Source: Candidatus Zixiibacteriota bacterium (GTDB lineage: Bacteria > Zixibacteria > MSB-5A5 > CAIYYT01). Taken from it: a DNA stretch of 64,000 nucleotides. Position 1 is the first letter of the stretch; each line of letters starts with the position of its first letter. The stretch lies in contig JBECKX010000199.1 in the NCBI GenBank assembly GCA_040235515.1, positions 2,964 to 66,963 on the forward strand, in the 5' to 3' direction. A program made the position numbers and the translations under genes. The notes under the pieces are model-generated. The model made no database searches. It had not been told where the DNA came from and worked only from the letters and a program-made list of their open reading frames with translations. Shown in pieces: positions 1 to 8,778 of the stretch.

Positions 1-869
1 AAGGGATCGAGATCAAGGAGCAGACAGTCGCAGTAATCGACATGACTGAACTGCTGAGGCGGGTAGGTCTCGATGTGGTGGGTATTCTCGGATTCGATTT
101 CCTGTCGCGCTTCGTCACCAAAGTGGATTACGCGAACGAGTTACTTTCCTTTTACGAACCATCCACCTTCGCATACACGGGGGATGGCCAAATTCTGGAC
201 ATGCATATCAAGGGTAGTGTCTTTACCGCGAAGGCCACGCTTGATGGCACGCACTCCGGTACCTGGTTAATCGATCTCGGCGCCAGTCGATGCAGCATCG
301 ACGAAAGCTTTGCAAAGCGCGAGGGCTACTTCGAGAGGAAGGGAGTCAATGGTCTGGGTCACGGCGCGGCCAAAGAGTATACATTCAGGCAGATCAAGTG
401 TGATAGTCTGCAGTTTTCAGGATTTACGGTGCATCGACCACTCATAAGCTATGAGCTCGGTGCGAAAGAATCTGCGACTTCCGTTGCGGATCAAATGGGC
501 ACTCTGGGCAATAACCTGTTCCGGAATTTTGTTATCTATTGCGACTACGCACATGAACGGCTGATAGTCGAGAAGGGTGAGAAATTTGACTATGCGTGGC
601 CGGAGGATCGCTCCGGTCTGAATCTCGCCTATGATTCCGACAAGAGCATCGAAGTGATATTCGTGTCGCCGGACACCCCTGCTGATAACGCGGGGCTTAG
701 GAAGGGCGACAAGCTGATTTCGATCGATGGAGTTTCCGTATCGAAGCTCAATGGCTTGGTGGGAATCCGTAAGATGCTGCGCGCAGACCCCGGTACGAGC
801 TACGACATCGTGATTGACCGAAATGGGGTTTCGGAACAACTGAAGTTAACGCTCGCGCCGCTCCTCTGA
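1..869 (+). CDS. Retropepsin-like aspartic peptidase domain protein with C-terminal PDZ domain. The 5' end is truncated by the window edge; the reading frame is open from nt 3.
   Basis: The frame is open back to the window start. The motif LIDLGASRCSID resembles the D(T/S)GA aspartyl-protease active-site loop. The C-terminal segment GLRKGDKLISIDGVSV...GTSYDIVIDRNG is a typical PDZ domain. Confidence 0.6.
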   Translation, partial: GIEIKEQTVAVIDMTELLRRVGLDVVGILGFDFLSRFVTKVDYANELLSFYEPSTFAYTGDGQILDMHIKGSVFTAKATLDGTHSGTWLIDLGASRCSIDESFAKREGYFERKGVNGLGHGAAKEYTFRQIKCDSLQFSGFTVHRPLISYELGAKESATSVADQMGTLGNNLFRNFVIYCDYAHERLIVEKGEKFDYAWPEDRSGLNLAYDSDKSIEVIFVSPDTPADNAGLRKGDKLISIDGVSVSKLNGLVGIRKMLRADPGTSYDIVIDRNGVSEQLKLTLAPLL

Positions 870-1030
870 TACTCACCGCCACTACGTTCGGCTGCGCGGA
901 TTGCGGGGGATAGGGCGTGTCTGCGCCTTCCGGAGGCTGCGTGGTGGGCGATGTCCCGGGCAAAGGTAGTGGATTTAATCTGTATTGACAACGTCCAAGA
1001 AATGTGATTAGTTGAGTTAGCAAGAAATGA

Positions 1031-1057
1031 CGCCCGCGTTCGATCAATACGCGGGCG
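1031..1057. terminator. Candidate bidirectional intrinsic terminator between convergent genes.
   Basis: An 8-bp GC-rich stem (cgcccgcg 1031-1038 pairing with cgcgggcg 1050-1057) encloses an 11-nt loop. U-rich tracts follow it on both strands: cauucccuuuauu on the plus strand and ucauuucuug on the minus strand. Confidence 0.4.
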
Positions 1058-1097
1058 CATTCCCTTTATTGGGTTCTGAAGCGTAGTCAGCGAATAA

Positions 1098-1241
1098 CTA
1101 CTTACGCTTCTTGCTACGGATCGGCACGGTTATCTTTTGAACAATAGCCGTGTCTTTCTCTTGGCGTGCCTGAGCAACGGTCATAAACGTACCGTCGATA
1201 GCACTTCTGCCAACCAAAAACGTCCGTGTTTTCTGTTTCAT
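1098..1241 (-). CDS. Small basic hypothetical protein (47 aa: MKQKTRTFLVGRSAIDG...PIRSKKRK).
   Basis: An internal ATG at 1241 is preceded by a canonical GGAGG ribosome-binding site (ctcatGGAGGataaaacccATG on the minus strand). The longer 74-aa ORF in the track lacks any such site. A terminator hairpin lies downstream. Confidence 0.45.
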   Translation of the reverse strand: MKQKTRTFLVGRSAIDGTFMTVAQARQEKDTAIVQKITVPIRSKKRK

Positions 1242-1566
1242 GGGTTTTATCCTCCATGAGATGTGAAAATCAACCTGTGATCCCGCATGCGGAAACGTAC
1301 GTATAGCCGGAACAGCTAACATTTTTTCTTGCTTTTGTAATTGAGATTTGTTAAGAATAGACCTCCAGCATCTTAGTCAGCCAGTCGCCAAACTTCGCTG
1401 ACTTGGTAAATTGTGCGGGGAGCCAAATGACTCCCCGCGTTTCGCTTATGTTGGGAATTAATAAAGGGTGTTCTAGCTAGTATTGTCAATCTGTATCAGG
1501 TAAAAATCGCAAGCAACATTCTATCAACGACTTATGAAGTCAAATCTTATACGACTTGATGAATGA

Positions 1567-2496
1567 CTACTCGACAATCTCAGCGTCCTGAATATCTTCT
1601 AACTCCATCTCGATCTGCTGCTGTCTCGAATCAGGATATGCACGCTCAAACAGTCGCTCGAACGCTTTCCAGTTTGGCGCCGCTCGCATCAATGCTGTCA
1701 CCGCAGCAAGATGCCTTTCGAGATGAGGATTTCCTATATCTTCTGTCAAGAACTGATGATGCCTACGTCTGCGATATCCTTTGTCTGTGACTGGATTCTT
1801 TACCCGCAGCTCGTCAAGTACACCCTTTGGTAACTTCTCGTAAATAAGCTTGTTTGTAAGCTTACCAACATATTGAGGACGTTTCACGCTCATCGGACTG
1901 TAGTGCCAACCTCTAAGGCGGAACAACTGCCTATAGAATTCGTCTGGAAATTTCTTGGCCCAGGGTAAAAGCTCCTTAGCGATGTAAGCTTCGAGAATCT
2001 TGTGAAGAGCGTCTCTGTCTCTCTCCTCTTGATAACCTGTAGCTTCATCCACAAGTGCTACAATACCGACGTGAGCTAGGGCTCTCATTAGTAGCTTTGC
2101 TTTCTCAGCCACCCGCTTTTGTCGCTTCCCAAGCCCGCCGCCCTCATCGGCATCCATCCAGATTTCGCAGATCTTTGGGATTATCTCGGCCCTGATGCCA
2201 TGAGCAATATTCCCACGTTCGGTCTTGTACTTCACTGAGATGGACTGCAGGTCGCCTAAGTGCTTGTCTACATACGGTTCAAGGCTCTTGAATGCCATGA
2301 AGTGTGGAATATCTGCAGTGGCGATATCTTTGGATTTCTCCTTAGCTACCCATCCACTGTAGTACATATCCATCCCCTTCATAAAGTCGGTTTGAGTTAA
2401 GATTCTCGTACCGTCTGACAACACTGAACACGGGAAAACCATGTTGCCTATTTTAAGTTCTCCACTATGTGTCGCCTTTTCTAGTTTCTCTGTCAT
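1567..2496 (-). CDS. P63C-domain protein (phage/plasmid-associated family).
   Basis: The central HVGIVALVDEATGYQEERDRDAL block and overall layout match P63C-domain proteins of phages and plasmids. A strong GGGGGAG ribosome-binding site sits 4 nt upstream. The start overlaps the upstream transposase stop (TAATG). G+C is visibly lower than in the flanking sequence. Confidence 0.65.
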   Translation of the reverse strand: MTEKLEKATHSGELKIGNMVFPCSVLSDGTRILTQTDFMKGMDMYYSGWVAKEKSKDIATADIPHFMAFKSLEPYVDKHLGDLQSISVKYKTERGNIAHGIRAEIIPKICEIWMDADEGGGLGKRQKRVAEKAKLLMRALAHVGIVALVDEATGYQEERDRDALHKILEAYIAKELLPWAKKFPDEFYRQLFRLRGWHYSPMSVKRPQYVGKLTNKLIYEKLPKGVLDELRVKNPVTDKGYRRRRHHQFLTEDIGNPHLERHLAAVTALMRAAPNWKAFERLFERAYPDSRQQQIEMELEDIQDAEIVE

Positions 2497-3350
2497 TATT
2501 CTCCCCCGACTGCTTGTCGTAGAGTCAAATCGAAAACGTCTGCACTGTCTCGATGATTGAAACGGTAGCAGAATTCGTTAATGTAGCCTGGAAGGTGCTT
2601 CGCACTGACCTTGTGATACTGGCCTACGATTCCACGCTTCAACAACGACCAGAAAGACTCTATCGTGTTGGCGTGGATATCTCCGTCAACGTAGTGCAAG
2701 CGATGATTGATTTTCAAGTGTGGCACTATATTCGACATCTTGGCTTAGCCAGGATAGGAGTCTGTGGTTAGGAGAGATTGATTTACGTCGATATTGCCGC
2801 GAATGAGAGACTTCAGCGTCTTGCGCTTTGCGTCTTTCACTTTCGCAGCCATAACCCGCCCGCCACGCTCAATGATTCCAGCTACCGGAATTTTGTTCGT
2901 CCCGCGTGCCATCAGCCTATTAGGCGTCTTGCCGCGATGTTTCCCGCCGACGTAAGTCTCGTCCATTTCCACGATTCCAGTCATTAGCCTGCGATCCTCA
3001 ATCATTGCCCCGCGAATGCGCATGGCGATTGACCACGCCGTATCCTTATTGACTTTCAGGTGCCGACCAAGCTGGCGGGCTGATATGCCCTTCTTGGCAT
3101 TCAGGACAAGCGAGATCGCAAGAAACCACTTCTGAAGTGGCATTCTGGTCTTGTGGAAGATCGTGCGGACTGTTACGCTGAATGTTGTATTGCAGTTATT
3201 GCAGTGGTGCCGATTCTCTTTCGGCATCGGCGAACAACTCTTCGAGAGACAGTAGGGACACTGCGGCTCTCCTTGCCAGCGTACAGATTCGAGATATTTA
3301 ATGCAGTGTTGTTCGGTAGGGAACTTCTCGTAGATTTCGACAATGTTCAT
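2496..3350 (-). pseudogene. IS1595-family (ISXO2-like) DDE transposase interrupted by one in-frame TAA at 2745-2747.
   Basis: The N-terminal ORF (2745-3350) carries the transposase zinc-ribbon domain (CPYC...CNNC) and the start of the DDE core (DETYVGGK). The C-terminal ORF (2496-2738) carries the IS1595 hallmark TIESFWSLLKRG...YINEFCYRFNHR. The two are in the same frame and separated only by TAA-GCC-AAG. In homologs the stop position is normally a Tyr (TDxWxGY). Confidence 0.75.
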
Positions 3351-3556
3351 GGCAACCTCTAACTTTCTACCGTTGTTACATACGGTATCAATATGGAGAT
3401 GCCCGAATCTGTGTCAAGAGAAATCTGCTACCTTTAGTTGGGACATTGCTGCGTGGTGAATGTACGGGCGGGGGGAAGCGCGCTGTTCGGTGTCGGTTCG
3501 GCGCCGGCCAGTTTTCTCCGGGTCCCCGGCAGCAGGTAGTTCTGCAGAACATTTTA

Positions 3557-3584
3557 TTGACAAAATGGAGCAAGCTACTATATT
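3557..3584 (+). promoter_or_regulatory. Sigma70-like promoter upstream of typA.
   Basis: TTGACA (3557-3562) is followed by a 16-nt spacer and TATATT (3579-3584). This leaves a leader of about 175 nt before the typA ATG at 3763. Confidence 0.4.
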
Positions 3585-3762
3585 CAGCGACCCGTATAAC
3601 TCCGGGCAGCTAGAGAAGTAGATTCTCGAAGCTGTTCGGTTTTTTTCTGCATGATTACCGCTCTGCGCTTTCCAAACAGGCCGAATCTGCAGACAGTTGA
3701 AGTTATTGAACGCGCCGACAGCCAGGCTTGAGTTGTGGGCGCAAAAGAGGTGACTCTTCTAT

Positions 3763-5676
3763 ATGACCGACGTAGCGAAGATCAGGAATCTGGCCATCGT
3801 GGCCCACATCGATCACGGCAAGACAACGCTTATAGACTCGATTTTTAAGGCGACTCGTACCTTCCGCGAAAACCAGAAAGTTGCCGAGCGACTGATGGAC
3901 AACAACGTGCTTGAACGCGAGCGCGGCATTACTATTCGCTCAAAACATTGCAGCGTCTCATGGGATGAATATCTGATCAATATCATCGATACCCCCGGAC
4001 ATGCTGACTTTTCGGGTGAAGTGGAGCGCGTGCTCTCGATGGTTGATTCCGTGCTGCTGCTGGTCGACGCCAACGAGGGGCCGATGCCCCAGACGCGCTA
4101 TGTCCTGATGCGCGCGCTGCGGTTGGGATTACGCCCGATCGTGTTGATCAACAAAGTCGATCGACCCGGTGCGCGGCCTGACCACGCTCTGAATAAGACT
4201 TTTGATCTCTTCATAGACCTGGGTGCAACCGACGAGCAGGCACATTTCCCGGTGCTCTACGGCTCTGGCCTCAACGGCTGGTTCGTGGTGGATCATGAGA
4301 ATGACGAGCCGCAGGGAATGGCGCCGCTGTTCGAGACGATCATCAAAGAAGTCCCCCCGCCGCAGGTCGATCAGGAGGGTGAATTCCTGATGCAGGTAAG
4401 CTCACTCGACTGGAGTGACTATATTGGTCAGATCGGCTGCGGTCGTGTCCTGCGCGGCAAGTTGCAGAAGGGTGAGGCGTTTACCCGCTTCGCTACCGTT
4501 GCTGAGAGTGACGAGGCAAGCTCGCAGGGTTGGAAAATCGAGTCGACGCAGAGGGTGCAGGGAGTACACCTCTGGACCACCCGTGGACTGACCAGGGTGG
4601 AGGTTGACGAAATCTCCGCAGGCGACATAGTCTGGCTAGCCGGTCCGCCCGAGATCAGGATTGGTGATACCTTTTCCGCCAACGATGCTCCCGCAAACGC
4701 TCTAAAGCCTCTTGAGATCGAAGAGCCGACGCTCTCGATGTTTTTCCTGGTGAACAACGGTCCCTTCTCCGGACAGGAGGGCACAGCAATCACCCTGCGC
4801 CAGCTCAAGGAGCGACTTGAGCGCGAGTTGCGAGTCAATGTTGCGCTGCAGATGGAGGACCTCGGCAGACCAGACGGCGTCAAAGTCTCAGGACGTGGCG
4901 AGCTGCATCTGGCGATTTTGATAGAGGAAATGCGCCGTGAAGGTGTCGAGTTTTGTATCTCGCGTCCGGAAGTAATCACGCATCGCGACCAGGATGGAAA
5001 TCTGCTCGAACCACTGGAGCAACTCACGATCGACGTTCCCGAGGAATTCCAGGGCATCGTGATCGAAAAGCTGGCCAAGCGCAAAGGTGAGTTGATCAGT
5101 GTCGAAAATGCCGGCACCAACACGATTCGCCTTGAATTCGAAATTCCGACCCGTGGATTGATCGGTTATCGCTCAGAGTTTCTCACAGACACGCGCGGAC
5201 TGGGGATCATGGCTTCACGCTTGCTCGATTACAGCGTCTGGCGCGGCGAGATTGAGTCGCGCAGCAAAGGCTCGCTTGTGAGTTTGGAGACCGGGGTGAC
5301 CACGGCTTACGCGCTGGAGAGTCTGCAGGAGAGATCGGTGATCTTCATCGAACCACAGGATAAAGTCTACGCGGGTCAGATTGTCGGTGAGAACTCCAGG
5401 AATATGGATATGACCTGCAATCCGACCAAGCGCAAGAACCTCACGAACCATCGATCATCCACCAAGGAGATCGGTGTGAAGCTCGACGTTGCCCGCAAGC
5501 TGACGCTGGAACAGGCGATGGAGTGGATTCGCGACGATGAGCTGGTGGAGGTCACACCGAAGTCGGTACGCATCAGGAAAGCAATCCTGGATCCGGATGA
5601 AAGAAAACGTGCGGAGCGCAAACCTGCCGGTGTCGATGAAAAATCGGCGGCCGTGCAGTCGCGACTATCAGCCTAG
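3763..5676 (+). CDS. typA: Translational GTPase TypA/BipA.
   Basis: The N-terminal segment [15 protein letters not shown] is the GTP-binding P-loop. The NKVDR and DTPGHADF motifs are present. Length (637 aa) and the EF-G-like domain order are typical of BipA. Confidence 0.93.
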   Translation: MTDVAKIRNLAIVAHIDHGKTTLIDSIFKATRTFRENQKVAERLMDNNVLERERGITIRSKHCSVSWDEYLINIIDTPGHADFSGEVERVLSMVDSVLLLVDANEGPMPQTRYVLMRALRLGLRPIVLINKVDRPGARPDHALNKTFDLFIDLGATDEQAHFPVLYGSGLNGWFVVDHENDEPQGMAPLFETIIKEVPPPQVDQEGEFLMQVSSLDWSDYIGQIGCGRVLRGKLQKGEAFTRFATVAESDEASSQGWKIESTQRVQGVHLWTTRGLTRVEVDEISAGDIVWLAGPPEIRIGDTFSANDAPANALKPLEIEEPTLSMFFLVNNGPFSGQEGTAITLRQLKERLERELRVNVALQMEDLGRPDGVKVSGRGELHLAILIEEMRREGVEFCISRPEVITHRDQDGNLLEPLEQLTIDVPEEFQGIVIEKLAKRKGELISVENAGTNTIRLEFEIPTRGLIGYRSEFLTDTRGLGIMASRLLDYSVWRGEIESRSKGSLVSLETGVTTAYALESLQERSVIFIEPQDKVYAGQIVGENSRNMDMTCNPTKRKNLTNHRSSTKEIGVKLDVARKLTLEQAMEWIRDDELVEVTPKSVRIRKAILDPDERKRAERKPAGVDEKSAAVQSRLSA

Positions 5677-6110
5677 CCTCGATCGCAACGCCTGCTCCTG
5701 TGGCAGGTTGAGGAAAATCAATTGGGGGAAAGCGATAGTGTTATCAGGGGAATTCCTCTTCTGTCTGCCGCAGTTGTTCAAACAAAAGTATTGACTGATC
5801 TGGACACTTTTCCTAAGATTCTCCAGCTTAACGGGCTCTGATCGCGAAACTGGTTTCTCTAAGTCGACCGCTCTCAACAGGGTGGTTTTTTTGTAGTTCG
5901 CGATCGATTTCCGGTTTTACTTCAAGGTGTAAAGCGGCAACTAGCGGTGAACGGGCTATACAGTAAGATCAAGCCCGAAAGTTTCCGATTAAAACAGGTA
6001 AGAGTCCTTTTTCTCGCGTCGATCGATGCACGCTGCTGGAGGAGAATACCCACTGCGAATAGTCCGGTATTGCAGGCTATTCGACTCAGTGAAGGCATCA
6101 ACCAGATAAC

Positions 6111-7532
6111 ATGAATTTTGTCACGACACAGTTCTTAGTCTTCCTGGTATTCGTGTTCTTTGTCTATTGGCACCTGCCACGCAAGGCACAGAATATCTTC
6201 ATACTGCTGGCCAGCTATTTCTTCTATGCCTGCTGGGATTGGCGCTTCCTCAGCCTGATTATCATCTCGACACTCGTCGACTACACCGCCGGTCCGAAGA
6301 TCCAGGCGGCGAGGAGTGAGAGGGCACGCAAGGGCTGGATGCTGTTGAGCCTCGGGGTAAACCTGGGCATCCTCGGCTATTTCAAATATTTCAACTTCTT
6401 CGCCGGCAGCTTCGCCTCGTTGCTTTCAAGCCTGGGGATGGAGGTCTCTTACTCCACCCTGAACATCGTGTTGCCGGTAGGAATCTCATTCTACACTTTC
6501 CAGACGCTCAGCTACACGCTCGACATTTATCGTGGCAAGCTGGAGCCGACACGCAATTTCATCGATTTCGCCACCTTCGTGGCTTTCTTCCCGCAATTGG
6601 TTGCCGGACCGATCGTTCGTGCGAAGGAATTCGTGCACCAGCTTGAAAAGAAGCGTGTGTTCAGTTTCGACGATCTCCAGATCGGCGCGACCCGTTTCCT
6701 CTATGGCTTTTTCAAAAAGGCCTTCATCGCCGATACGCTGGCGGTAAACATTGTCGATCCCGTTTTCGCAAATCCCGCCGATTACTCAAGCGGAACGATC
6801 TGGCTCTCGCTGCTGATGTACACGATTCAGATCTATGCCGACTTCTCAGGTTATTCGAACATGGCGATCGGGTCTGCGCGAATGCTGGGCTTTGAGATTC
6901 CGGAGAATTTCAACTTCCCCTATCTCGCTCGCAACATTTCGGAGTATTGGCGCCGCTGGCATCGGACGATGTCACGCTTCTTCCGCGATTATGTTTACAT
7001 CTCGCTGGGAGGAAACCGCGAGAAGTTCGCCGTTGTCCTGAGAAACATCTGTATCACCGTAATCATCAGTGGACTCTGGCATGGTGCAGGGTGGACCTTC
7101 GTAATCTGGGGCATGCTGCACGGCTTCTACATTGTCGTGGACCAGCTGATCAGAAGGTGGCAGGCAAGGCGCTACGGTAAGAATTACTCGATGGGTGTCG
7201 TTGGCTCGATCATCGGCTGGTCACTTACGATGTACTTCATGCTTTTCGCGCGCCTTCTGTTCAGAAGCCAGGACTTCTCCGATACGACGACGTGCCTGGT
7301 TCGGATGTTCACCGGCGCCGATGGCATCACTCTTGGCGTCAATATGTTGGCGTGGGTGGCGATTGTGGCATTCTTCATCGACCACGTTTACGGATGGTTC
7401 AAAGAACGTCACGCAGCGATAGACTCGATTGCACCTTACTGGGCCAAGGCGCTGCTGTATGCGTCGATGATCATTTTTCTCTATCATGCGCGACCGACAG
7501 AGATCAACCCCTTCATCTACTTCCAGTTCTAA
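6111..7532 (+). CDS. MBOAT-family membrane O-acyltransferase (AlgI/PatA/DltB-like).
   Basis: A 473-aa polytopic membrane protein with the MBOAT signature region and a conserved His (…VISGLWHGAGWTFVIWGMLHG…). The N-terminus (MNFVTTQFLVFL...YWHLP) is typical of AlgI and DltB. Confidence 0.88.
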   Translation: MNFVTTQFLVFLVFVFFVYWHLPRKAQNIFILLASYFFYACWDWRFLSLIIISTLVDYTAGPKIQAARSERARKGWMLLSLGVNLGILGYFKYFNFFAGSFASLLSSLGMEVSYSTLNIVLPVGISFYTFQTLSYTLDIYRGKLEPTRNFIDFATFVAFFPQLVAGPIVRAKEFVHQLEKKRVFSFDDLQIGATRFLYGFFKKAFIADTLAVNIVDPVFANPADYSSGTIWLSLLMYTIQIYADFSGYSNMAIGSARMLGFEIPENFNFPYLARNISEYWRRWHRTMSRFFRDYVYISLGGNREKFAVVLRNICITVIISGLWHGAGWTFVIWGMLHGFYIVVDQLIRRWQARRYGKNYSMGVVGSIIGWSLTMYFMLFARLLFRSQDFSDTTTCLVRMFTGADGITLGVNMLAWVAIVAFFIDHVYGWFKERHAAIDSIAPYWAKALLYASMIIFLYHARPTEINPFIYFQF

Positions 7533-7548
7533 ACACGAGGTAAGGTAG

Positions 7549-8769
7549 TTGAATCATCAGTCTGACAAGCCGGTTATACTCCAGTTCCTTCAGATAAGAA
7601 CGAAGGCGCCGATCCTGTTCTGGACGATCGTATTCATCGTTGCGGCGGAGGCCTTTGTCATCGGCATCGCACCACTGATAGTCCCGGATCACTTCTACCT
7701 GCGTGCGTACCTGACTGATAAAGCTGAGGAGAAAATCGCCAGCTTCACTCGGGGAGACGATCGTTTCCTGGTCTTCGATCAAGTCGTGGGATGGCGGAAT
7801 CGACCGAACACCAAGCTGGGCAACTGGGCCGTTGATCGGTATGGCTCCCGTTCAACTCATGAATTCGGACATGAGAAGATCAGACCGACCCGGGTGTTGT
7901 TCCTCGGAAATTCGTTGATGAACGGGGGAGCACATCTGCGTATCGACGAGACGATTTCTGCAATGATCGAGGACTCACTCACCGAAGCGATCAACTTCGG
8001 CACGATGCTTTATTCTGTCGACCAGATGTATCTCGATTATGTCGAGAGGCTGCACCGATTCAATCCTGACATAGTTGTCGTGGGTCTGCAGAGCGATCCC
8101 GGAGATGGACTGGTGAACCAGTTCATTCCATTCTGGAAGCGCAGCGAGACCAATATGCCTTTCCTCAAGCCGCGATTCGTGCTCGAGCACGATCAGCTTA
8201 AACTGGTGGAAGTGCCCGAACTGGAGGTCTACTCCAATTGTCTCACTCAGGGAAGTCTCTTCGACCACCTTGAGACAGCGGATTCCTACTACGAAGACTT
8301 TGATTCCTACAAGAGGTTCGGAATTCTGCCAATTTCAAGTGCGCTCTGGAGTCTCTCGGAGCGGGCGGAGAATCTCTCCGAACTGCTTGATGAAGAACCG
8401 GTTTACAAGGATATGGTGCTGGCGATACTGAACGAACTGCGCTACGAAACTGAAAAGCATGGAGCCCGCCTGATCGTGCTCACCTTCGCCGATCAGCAGA
8501 AGGCATACCCCGATCGCATCCGCGCAATGCTGCCGGATCAGTATGGTGATCTGGTTGCTGCGTTGCGTGCGAGTGGATTTGAAGTAGTCGACTCGCGATC
8601 GGCAATCATCAACAGCGGTCTGGAGCCCTGGCAGGTGTACCACATCGACGAGAGACATTTCATTAGAGAGGGCAACGCAGTGATCGCGGCCGCGCTAAAA
8701 ACGCGAGTTACCCAGTTGCTGCGGACAAGTGCAGCGGTGAATAGTGATGAGCAGGGGATGATGGACTAG
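7549..8769 (+). CDS. Membrane-anchored SGNH/GDSL-family hydrolase-like partner of the MBOAT protein (AlgJ/PatB/DltD-like).
   Basis: A TTG start with a GAGGTAAGG ribosome-binding site lies 16 nt after the MBOAT stop. The protein has an N-terminal transmembrane helix. Block I of the SGNH fold reads VLFLGNSLMNGG (GDS becomes GNS). A DxxH block (HIDERH) occurs near the C-terminus. Confidence 0.6.
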   Translation: MNHQSDKPVILQFLQIRTKAPILFWTIVFIVAAEAFVIGIAPLIVPDHFYLRAYLTDKAEEKIASFTRGDDRFLVFDQVVGWRNRPNTKLGNWAVDRYGSRSTHEFGHEKIRPTRVLFLGNSLMNGGAHLRIDETISAMIEDSLTEAINFGTMLYSVDQMYLDYVERLHRFNPDIVVVGLQSDPGDGLVNQFIPFWKRSETNMPFLKPRFVLEHDQLKLVEVPELEVYSNCLTQGSLFDHLETADSYYEDFDSYKRFGILPISSALWSLSERAENLSELLDEEPVYKDMVLAILNELRYETEKHGARLIVLTFADQQKAYPDRIRAMLPDQYGDLVAALRASGFEVVDSRSAIINSGLEPWQVYHIDERHFIREGNAVIAAALKTRVTQLLRTSAAVNSDEQGMMD

Positions 8770-8778
8770 GGTAGTAGC

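Larger units (their letters stand above)
1567..3440 (-). mobile_element. Low-G+C insertion comprising the IS1595-family transposase (disrupted) and a P63C cargo gene. The ends are not defined.
   Basis: Base composition visibly shifts to AT-rich between about 1.1 and 3.5 kb. The segment contains a transposase and a phage/plasmid-type gene coupled by overlapping stop and start codons. I could not identify terminal inverted repeats with confidence. Confidence 0.35.

Noticed and set aside
1440-3450. Short direct matches flanking the AT-rich island (cttaTGTTGGGA/ctttaGTTGGGA and aATCTGTaTCAgg/aATCTGTgTCAag) as possible target-site duplication or att sites.
   Set aside because: The two matches occur in opposite relative order on the two sides and are only 7-8 nt exact. 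This is expected by chance in AT-rich sequence. I could not find convincing IS terminal inverted repeats.
4428-5123. Antisense and alternative-frame ORFs inside long genes (for example 4428-5123 in typA, 24763-26650 in the RND pump, 56618-57538 opposite the DMT gene, 30153-30800 in kinase 1, 42002-42697 in kinase 2).
   Set aside because: They are fully embedded in genes with strong homology-type motifs. Their Ser/Arg/Pro-rich translations are the usual GC-rich shadow ORFs.
5840-5900. T7 run after typA (ggtggttttttt) as an intrinsic terminator.
   Set aside because: No stable GC hairpin precedes the T-tract. Termination here is possible but unsupported.
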